From positions 1-42,441 of the IMG/VR virus record IMGVR_UViG_3300023260_000001: 42,441 nt of DNA. One strand, given 5' to 3'. Source of the stretch: a virus. Lineage: Duplodnaviria > Caudoviricetes. The first letter of the stretch is position 1; the number at the start of each line of letters is the position of its first letter. A model generated the notes under the pieces. That model was not told where the DNA came from and searched no databases. It was given only the letters and a program-made list of their open reading frames with translations. This document shows positions 36,554-42,441 of this stretch, in pieces. The position numbers and the translations under genes were made by a program.

Positions 36554-37402
36554 ATGACGATCCTGGACACCATCTACAGAATTCCGAACGGCCAGACCGT
36601 GACGACAGAGTTCATGTCGATGGAGTACATGGGCGCGGTTGTTTTCCTGTTCTTCTACAACGGAGCGGGAGTTCAGGTAACGCCGACAGGAACTCCTGCA
36701 GTTACCAGATTGGTCGGCTCCCGCTACGTTCCGGTGTCGCAATATGGCCAGGACGAATGGCGGTTCAACGGGCCATCTGACCGAGTCAAGATCGATCTGA
36801 CTGGCGTCTCTGGCTTCACCACTTACGAGGGCTATGTCTGGCGGACGGATCACTCCATAGACATGGTTCCGCCTGGTGCGTTCTCCGGACTGCGCGCGAT
36901 GACGGTGCAGAGTTATGTCGAGGCGAACGTCAAGAACGGCGTTCAGTATGAGGTCAGCAGCCTATCTAGCGCAGTCGCAGCCGGGGCGAACATCGACATC
37001 GTATTTATCGTCGGGCCAAAGCCTGTCGTCATCAAAGCGCGAGAGATCACGTTCAACGGCGCTCGGTTGATTGCCAGGGCCTATGTCGGGCCGACCTATA
37101 CCGGCGGGACGCCTGCGCCGTATTTCAACCTAAATACTAGGAACCCAGTGGCCGGTGGTGTGCAGATACTGGTCGGCGCAACGGTTACAAACACAGGAGT
37201 CGAATCCTCAGCGCCAACTTATGCGCTCGGTTCTACAGGTCAGGGCAACACCGTCGTCGGCTCATACCGGATTGCCGGAAGCGAGCGCGTGCTGGCGCCG
37301 AATACCACGGTTATGCTTCGCATCACGAACACGGATACCGTACCGCAAGACATCGCCACCTATGCCACCTGGTACGAAGGCGGCACTGATCTACCGATTT
37401 GA
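36554..37402 (+). CDS. Hypothetical beta-rich protein, probably virion-associated
   Basis: 282 aa, GGAG RBS, Thr/Gly/Val-rich. Confidence 0.75.
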   Translation: MTILDTIYRIPNGQTVTTEFMSMEYMGAVVFLFFYNGAGVQVTPTGTPAVTRLVGSRYVPVSQYGQDEWRFNGPSDRVKIDLTGVSGFTTYEGYVWRTDHSIDMVPPGAFSGLRAMTVQSYVEANVKNGVQYEVSSLSSAVAAGANIDIVFIVGPKPVVIKAREITFNGARLIARAYVGPTYTGGTPAPYFNLNTRNPVAGGVQILVGATVTNTGVESSAPTYALGSTGQGNTVVGSYRIAGSERVLAPNTTVMLRITNTDTVPQDIATYATWYEGGTDLPI

Positions 37403-37414
37403 CGAAGGAATTTT

Positions 37415-38020
37415 ATGCAAACCGTTTCCGCTTCGATGGTGTCCGCCGACGTGGCGACTCAGGCCGAGCTTGACGCCGCTTCGTTGCCATCAAATGCATC
37501 GCTCGACGGCAGGATTACCGCAGTCGAAGCTACCAGCCCATCACAGAAACTGACCGCATCGGTAGCGCAGGCTACAACCAGTGGAACGGCCAAGGACTTC
37601 ACGGTTCCGGCGTGGGCCAAGCGCATTACGATACTGTTCAACGGAGTATCGACGAACGGCACTAGCAACCTGATGGTTCAGGCGATCACTGGCGCTAGCA
37701 CGGTTGTCGCGACCGGCTATCTCGGCAGCTGTAACGGCCCGTTCAACGCCTCTCCGCAGGGTGCTGCGTACTCGACCGGCTTCCGCATGACGAACATCGC
37801 TGCGGCGACTGATGTGATCTACGGGCATATGGTTCTGGCCGTGATTCCCGGCAGCAACACATGGGTCGAGAGTCATAACCTCGGCTACTCGAGCTCGGCG
37901 ACCGTGACGATTGGTGGCGGGAATATCGTACTTGGCGCTGCGCTGACCGGGCTGCGCTTGACGGCCACGAACGGGACAGATGCGTTCGACGCTGGAAGCG
38001 TGTCGATCCTGTACGAGTGA
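37415..38020 (+). CDS. Putative fibre/decoration protein
   Basis: VATQAELDAA; TTSGTAKDFTVPAWAKRITILFNGVSTNGTS resembles phage fibre C-terminal domains. Confidence 0.7.
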   Translation: MQTVSASMVSADVATQAELDAASLPSNASLDGRITAVEATSPSQKLTASVAQATTSGTAKDFTVPAWAKRITILFNGVSTNGTSNLMVQAITGASTVVATGYLGSCNGPFNASPQGAAYSTGFRMTNIAAATDVIYGHMVLAVIPGSNTWVESHNLGYSSSATVTIGGGNIVLGAALTGLRLTATNGTDAFDAGSVSILYE

Positions 38021-38490
38021 TCAGCGGTGCAGGTCTCTCGCACGGATGTGGGTGTAGCGCGACAGCATGTTCCAGCTACGATGACCGCTGACCAGGCATA
38101 CCTCTGGTATCGTGTATTTCCTGCTCTCGATCAGGTTCGTCAGTGGGTCGACGCTATTCCCGCGCGCCTGCCGTGATCTAGGGATTGAAGGTCTGCGCTT
38201 ATACGATCTTCGACATCGAGCAGTCAAAGGCAACTGGCGAGCCCAGATCCGCAAAGCCGGCCACAAGCCGATGACGGAAACATTCCGGACCAAGGTTCTG
38301 GCGCAGCAGTGGGCGCGCGCCATCGAGGCTGACATGGACGCCGGCCGCTATCTCGCAGTGGCGCGGAAATCGACTGTCACTATCGGCGATCTCGTCTCCC
38401 GCTACACCAACGAGATCGGCGAGCAGAAGCCGTTCGGCCGCAACAAATCCGACGTGCTGAAGCGCATCGGGCTTTGATGATCGATGCCAT
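38021..38490 (-). pseudogene. int: Tyrosine integrase (Rci-like, dusA-associated type), scrambled and internally deleted
   Basis: Minus: MASIIK (from 38490) and LTNLIES...VSGHRSWNMLSRYTH (38143-38021); plus: GSTLF...LYDLRHRA (38145-38222) and VKGNWRAQIRKAG...KRIGL (38223-38474). Confidence 0.9.
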
Positions 38491-38495
38491 GCGGA

Positions 38496-38525
38496 TTGAT
38501 AGCGCACCGGCTAAATCGAGGTCAA
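38496..38525 (-). promoter_or_regulatory. Integrase promoter (probably leaderless)
   Basis: TTGACC-N18-TATCAA, then 5 nt to ATG 38490. Confidence 0.55.
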
Positions 38526-38543
38526 CGGGGCCGATTATCGATT

Positions 38544-38570
38544 GGACCGCCTCCGAGGGGAAAGCGGTCC
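38544..38570. terminator. Hairpin downstream of the accessory cassette
   Basis: GGACCGC...GCGGTCC stem; no clear U-tract. Confidence 0.4.
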
Positions 38571-38571
38571 T

Positions 38572-38591
38572 GGTAGCACTGGGGTAGCAGT
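38572..38591. repeat. Tandem GGTAGCA pair (putative integrase arm-type sites)
   Basis: GGTAGCA at 38572 and 38583; same motif clusters at 40433-40648. Confidence 0.65.
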
Positions 38592-38854
38592 CAGGATGCG
38601 CTCTCGATAGGAACGATCATCGTTCGGTGGGTTTTCGCGCAGTCCTCACAGATAACGGCCCAGTCCCCAACGTAGCCGAGTCGAAGCCCGTATTTCTGCA
38701 GCAGCTCAGGATTGTCGTATTGCTCATCACCCCCGACACGATACGGCGGTGACTTCGCTGCACATTCATCGGTCCCGTCATCGTAGCTAAGGTCTGCGTC
38801 GTAAAACGTCTTTCCTCCGCACACGTCGCAACTTCTGTAGTCGCAACTGGCCAT
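38591..38854 (-). CDS. Hypothetical Zn-finger protein
   Basis: CDVC...CEDC; GGAGG RBS. Confidence 0.75.
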   Translation of the reverse strand: MASCDYRSCDVCGGKTFYDADLSYDDGTDECAAKSPPYRVGGDEQYDNPELLQKYGLRLGYVGDWAVICEDCAKTHRTMIVPIESAS

Positions 38855-39081
38855 CACGCATCCTCCCGCCAGATCCTGACAGCACTCGTCAGGGTTACGA
38901 ACTGCCGGTCTGTCTTCATCCGCAGATGCGCATACTCGCGCTTCGATACGTCCAACGGCTTGAACTCTGCGACCAGGCCGCATGTCACGACGTTGTGACG
39001 CGGGCCGAGCATGAGGCCGGATGTGCGGCCACCTTTGCGGTTGTTATCGGTAGCCTTGGTTGCTGGTTTTTTGGCGGTCAT
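38854..39081 (-). CDS. Hypothetical protein
   Basis: Start MTAKK, GAGG RBS, coupled overlaps. Confidence 0.6.
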   Translation of the reverse strand: MTAKKPATKATDNNRKGGRTSGLMLGPRHNVVTCGLVAEFKPLDVSKREYAHLRMKTDRQFVTLTSAVRIWREDA

Positions 39082-39362
39082 GCTTGGCCTCGCTTCGCAC
39101 GTTCGGCGAGCATAGCGTCGGCGATCTCGTAGCATCGAGCGGCGGATTCAGGTAGGCATCCTGAACTGAACGTAACAAAGCGCATTGCCTTCTCAGCGAA
39201 TCGATCTAGCAGGGTCATCCCGCCGATGGCTTCCGCTCTGGCCACTAGATAGGCTCTGTCGCGTTCATCCTCAGAGACATCAACAATCTTGGCCATCGCG
39301 TAGGCATGGATCGCCTGCTGGTCTTGCATCGGAAACGCCGGCCCGCCGTTATCTGTGCTCAT
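39078..39362 (-). CDS. Hypothetical phage protein (GGPAFP...GMT..D.FA...YEIADAML family)
   Basis: Widespread small phage protein motif. Confidence 0.85.
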   Translation of the reverse strand: MSTDNGGPAFPMQDQQAIHAYAMAKIVDVSEDERDRAYLVARAEAIGGMTLLDRFAEKAMRFVTFSSGCLPESAARCYEIADAMLAERAKRGQA

Positions 39363-39526
39363 GCCTGGCCCCCCATCTTCTCAAAACGCTTGCTCCATGC
39401 GACCGAGCATTTCCGATTTGCGAGCTGTTCCCTGCGCGTCGCATCCGGTGTAGCAGGAACCCACTTGCCGTTGATGCGCATGGAGGACTCCTGGAGCTTG
39501 CGCTCGAGTTTGGTTAGGTAGGTCAT
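39359..39526 (-). CDS. Hypothetical 55-aa protein
   Basis: MTYLTKLERKLQESSMRINGKWVPAT...GGQA*; 4-bp overlaps at both ends. Confidence 0.55.
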   Translation of the reverse strand: MTYLTKLERKLQESSMRINGKWVPATPDATRREQLANRKCSVAWSKRFEKMGGQA

Positions 39527-39945
39527 GCTTCGCCCCCGTTCGCGTTGACGTCAGCGGCAGGAGACTTTAGGTATTCGATGACGGCGCGCGATTCTTCTGC
39601 ATATCCAGTGTCATCGTACCCACCGACTAAACCAAGCGATCCGTGCTCTAGACGGTGCTCTAGCGCCTCTACGGATGTTTCTTCTGGTTCCCACTGAGTT
39701 GATGACGTACTGCCAGAGTAGTTCCCTCCGAGGCCGTAGCAGGAGCAGTGGCTGCCATTCACCTCGTAGAGCCGGCCGTCCTTCTCAAACAAGACGAAAG
39801 CGCTAGAGTCGCAGCCGTAGTATCCGATGTGGTAGTAGGCGAGCAGGACTCGGCAGCCGTTGAGTGCATCGGGCGGGATGTCGAATTCCTCGATTATGTC
39901 GGCGTCGCTTTCAAAGCTATGCATGTAGATAGGCGTGAAATTCAT
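39523..39945 (-). CDS. Hypothetical phage protein
   Basis: AFVLFEKDGRLYEVNGSHCSCYGL...QWEPEETS motif. Confidence 0.8.
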   Translation of the reverse strand: MNFTPIYMHSFESDADIIEEFDIPPDALNGCRVLLAYYHIGYYGCDSSAFVLFEKDGRLYEVNGSHCSCYGLGGNYSGSTSSTQWEPEETSVEALEHRLEHGSLGLVGGYDDTGYAEESRAVIEYLKSPAADVNANGGEA

Positions 39946-40334
39946 GGCTTGGCTCCGGTTGCGTTGACGTCAGCGGAAGGCGCGGCTTTGGCGATGGCGG
40001 CGCGGGCTTTGTCATGCGCATCAAAGAGCATCTTGCTCACGCTCTGACTATGCTGAAGCCCTTTAAGCGCTGGTGTTTGCGTAAAACCCGACCGGCCAAG
40101 ATACCAATCGACAGCGCTTTCGATTTCCCGCAGCGCCTCGAGAAGTTCCGGAGCGGCTCCCATCGCATTGCCTAGTGCTCCGTCCTGGCAGATCGCAATG
40201 ATTTGGCCGTATTGCTTTGCGCTGACTCGACACTCATGGTTTGCCGAATATCCACTGTCGGCTTTAAGGCGCAGGGTTATGGTTGCGGCCTTGTCATCAT
40301 CTAGCGTCGAGGGGCTCGGTTGCTTGGTTTTCAT
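39942..40334 (-). CDS. Hypothetical phage protein (AAPELLEAL...ARAAIAKA family)
   Basis: First gene after the 40365-40393 promoter; GGGAG RBS. Confidence 0.8.
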   Translation of the reverse strand: MKTKQPSPSTLDDDKAATITLRLKADSGYSANHECRVSAKQYGQIIAICQDGALGNAMGAAPELLEALREIESAVDWYLGRSGFTQTPALKGLQHSQSVSKMLFDAHDKARAAIAKAAPSADVNATGAKP

Positions 40335-40359
40335 CGCTTCTCCCTGTTAGTAACCAACG

Positions 40360-40394
40360 GTTGCATCTTAAATCAACGTTGCAGAAAATGCAAC
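40360..40394 (-). promoter_or_regulatory. Leftward sigma70 promoter with 17-bp operator
   Basis: TTGCAT-N17-TAAGAT (40393-40365); GTTGCAGAAAATGCAAC 40378-40394. Confidence 0.75.
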
Positions 40395-40432
40395 CATCAA
40401 TCGAATAAAAGTTGCACACAACCGAAACGGCG

Positions 40433-40650
40433 GGTAGCAGTTTGGGTAGCAGTTAGAAAAAGTATTTCAGCGGCTTACGAGGGGAAATTAAAGAAAGGGC
40501 GAAAAAAGTGCTACCGAACTCTGGAGCGAAAAACGCCGTAGAAACAGGTAATTACGGCAGCTTTCGGATGCAAATAGCTCCGATGATGGATTGGACAGTC
40601 AGCATTGGAATCGCTTACGAATTTCATGCCGGTAGCATATCGGTAGCAGT
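40433..40650 (+). other. attP for integration into the 5' end of dusA
   Basis: Core GCTCCGATGATGGATTGGAC (40577-40596) encodes the DusA motif APMMDWT; GGTAGCA arm repeats at 40433, 40445, 40509 (inverted), 40631, 40642. Confidence 0.88.
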
Positions 40651-40653
40651 TGG

Positions 40654-42219
40654 CTATAGCGCGAGCATTTCCTGCTGCATGGTCGCAGGAGTTGAAACGC
40701 CTACAACCGGAGCCGCAGATTCAGCCTGATTGAACAGGTCCGGCTGGCGCTGCGCGTGCTCGATGCGCTTGCCGGCGATCTCGAAATACGCCTGCTCGCG
40801 CTCGATGCCGACGAAGCGAAAGCCTTCCGGCATTGCGGCCTTGCCGGTGCTGCCCGAGCCCATGAACGGATCAAGAACGATGCCACCTGGCGGTGTTACG
40901 AGGCGGCAGAGATAGCGCATCAGGTCGGTCGGCTTCACGGTTGGATGGTCGTTTCCGTTCCGCGCCGTCCAGTCTGCATCCTCTCGATCGCGCATAGTTG
41001 CTCCGGTACCGACAGCCGGAGTACACGATCCGCCTATGCCTTCGTTACGGTCCTCGCGGCTCGCCTTGGCGCAATAGAAAAAGCGTGCCGCGCTGCCGCT
41101 GCCGCTGTCGATCGGTGCGCGCGGTCCGCCGCGATAGTCGCTCGTACCGTTGCCGATGCCGTTTCCGTAGCCGGTCACTTTTACGTTCGGCACGCTGCCT
41201 CCGGCGCCATCGCTGTCGGGAAACAGCGCCACAACCTCGTCGCTGCCGTCATGGATCACGTTCGCGGGGAAACGGCCTTGATCGTTCTGAACCAATTCGG
41301 CAGTCGCTTCTGCGTCGCTTGCCCATATCCCTCCGCGCGGCGTCTCCCACTTCATTCTGCCAAGTCCTTCAACCCGGCACCCGTCGATGTTAAGCGCCCC
41401 GGTTCCATGCTGCTGCACGTTCGCTGCGACGGTACCGGCCAGCGGCTTGCGCGCGACGGTGATCGGCTCAAGCGCCGGCTTTAGAGCGGTGCCCCAGCCT
41501 TGCCATTGGCGGGCTGATTCGAGCGATGGTATGTCGCGCCTCTCACGCTCGGTACTGCTACGTTGGTCGAAGCCAATTACATCGCCAGAGCGTAACTCTG
41601 CGGTGGCTTCTCGCGTAACTGGTCTGTCGTTCCAAGCTGCGCCAGGATTGCGCGCCGGAAGGATGAGCGCTGAGAACCATTCGGGAGGTATAGGAAACAG
41701 ATGCGCGATTCGCATCCATGCCTCCGCAGTTGGAACGGCTGCCTGAGTTCCCTGCGTCGTCCAGTGGCCCCCCATGCCGTTCGTACCAGCCGCATTGTCA
41801 AGGGCGCGCGCCGTCGCATGCTGCGCGATCCATGCCGTCGCCCTCCGAACGGCGTCGCCTGCGTGACGCGCCTTGTCTATCGCTTTGCTCACATCCAGCG
41901 ACTTCGGGAACCCCGAGCCATAGACCCAGGCGATCATGTCGCGGATCTCGAACCCGGCGTCCTCGATGCGCACGGCCATGCGGTGCTGCGTCCTGGTACC
42001 GGCGAAGGCCAGCAGGTGCCCGCCTGGTTTCAGCACGCGCAGGCACTCGGCCCATACCTCGACGGCCGGCACGTCATAGTCCCACTTCTTGCCCATGAAC
42101 GAGAGGCCATAGGGCGGATCGGTCACGACCGAATCGACGCTGTTGTCCGGCATGCTGCGCAGCACGTCGAGGCAATCGCCTCGGTGTAAAGTTGCTGCGC
42201 CAATAGTCACGATTTCCAT
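40654..42219 (-). CDS. Orphan N6-adenine/N4-cytosine DNA methyltransferase (beta-class motif order)
   Basis: VTDPPY near the N-terminus; HPTVKP and VLDPFMGSGSTG near the C-terminus. Confidence 0.93.
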   Translation of the reverse strand: MEIVTIGAATLHRGDCLDVLRSMPDNSVDSVVTDPPYGLSFMGKKWDYDVPAVEVWAECLRVLKPGGHLLAFAGTRTQHRMAVRIEDAGFEIRDMIAWVYGSGFPKSLDVSKAIDKARHAGDAVRRATAWIAQHATARALDNAAGTNGMGGHWTTQGTQAAVPTAEAWMRIAHLFPIPPEWFSALILPARNPGAAWNDRPVTREATAELRSGDVIGFDQRSSTERERRDIPSLESARQWQGWGTALKPALEPITVARKPLAGTVAANVQQHGTGALNIDGCRVEGLGRMKWETPRGGIWASDAEATAELVQNDQGRFPANVIHDGSDEVVALFPDSDGAGGSVPNVKVTGYGNGIGNGTSDYRGGPRAPIDSGSGSAARFFYCAKASREDRNEGIGGSCTPAVGTGATMRDREDADWTARNGNDHPTVKPTDLMRYLCRLVTPPGGIVLDPFMGSGSTGKAAMPEGFRFVGIEREQAYFEIAGKRIEHAQRQPDLFNQAESAAPVVGVSTPATMQQEMLAL

Positions 42220-42278
42220 AGTTTGAAGTTTAAGGCGTAAGGTAGAAAGAACAATCGGGGGAGTAAGCCTGAATAACC

Positions 42279-42441
42279 CTAGCGAACCGTCCTGATCCTG
42301 TTGAATACTCGGCGTAGTGCGTAGGACCGAACCAGGCTGACGGCAGTGAATATCCCTGTGATCGCTGCATGCTGCTGCGTCGAGGCGTAAAAGCCGAACA
42401 CAGGGAACACGATGACCTGCGTTGCGAACGCCACGCCAAGC
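42279..42441 (-). CDS. DUF7220-like membrane protein, 3' part (joined to 1..127)
   Basis: ...IFTAVSLVRSYALRRVFNRIRTVR* with TAG at 42281-42279. Confidence 0.8.
   Translation of the reverse strand, partial: LGVAFATQVIVFPVFGFYASTQQHAAITGIFTAVSLVRSYALRRVFNRIRTVR
42368..42441. repeat. Terminal direct repeat, right copy
   Basis: Identical to 1-74. Confidence 0.97.

Noticed and set aside
32771-38020. Diversity-generating retroelement, expected from the BPP-1-like architecture
   Set aside because: No reverse transcriptase or Avd-like ORF, and no ~100-bp TR/VR repeat pair differing at adenines was seen.
38224-38477. 6-bp inverted repeat TCAAAG/CTTTGA as the integrase inversion site
   Set aside because: It would give MASIIKGNW, two residues shorter than the usual spacing to the conserved Trp; better explained by an original tandem ATCAAAGTCAAAG. 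Not fully excluded.
32771-38490. Tail-fibre shufflon driven by the Rci-like recombinase
   Set aside because: No repeated sfx-like sites or alternative inverted fibre C-termini were seen; the recombinase is explained as a dusA-targeting integrase and is broken.
38572-40650. CRISPR-like array from GGTAGCA or GGCACA repeats
   Set aside because: Repeats are 6-10 bp, irregularly spaced and without spacer structure; no cas genes.
40508-40729. Stand-alone dusA gene or independent CDS
   Set aside because: Similarity to DusA stops right after APMMDWT; it is the attP replacement 5' end.
42220-42278. Possible further micro-inversion upstream of the methyltransferase (no SD on the coding strand, purine-rich opposite strand)
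   Set aside because: Non-coding, so there is no reading-frame evidence to define or support breakpoints.

Overview
Apparently complete, circularly permuted ~42.37-kb genome of a temperate-type podovirus (74-bp terminal overlap, and one gene reads across the junction). The structural module has epsilon15/BPP-1-like architecture. It is GC-rich and the host is probably a proteobacterium (inference). Gene order: leftward early genes (HTH/xis-like, RecT, YqaJ exonuclease), cI/cro switch, helicase, VRR-NUC nuclease, P4-type primase-helicase with an iteron-like origin, TerS/TerL, HNH endonuclease, portal, scaffold, capsid, cement, tail tube proteins, internal virion proteins, tail spike, lysis genes, integrase remnant, accessory cassette, dusA-type attP and a DNA methyltransferase. 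Most striking: both lysogeny genes are broken by small internal inversions with 2-bp microhomologies. The last ~19 codons of the repressor lie flipped on the opposite strand, and flipping them back loses no sequence. The dusA-targeting integrase is scrambled into four pieces, two of them inverted, with the middle deleted. Operators, promoters and attP remain intact. All family assignments come from motif recognition by eye; no database searches were run.
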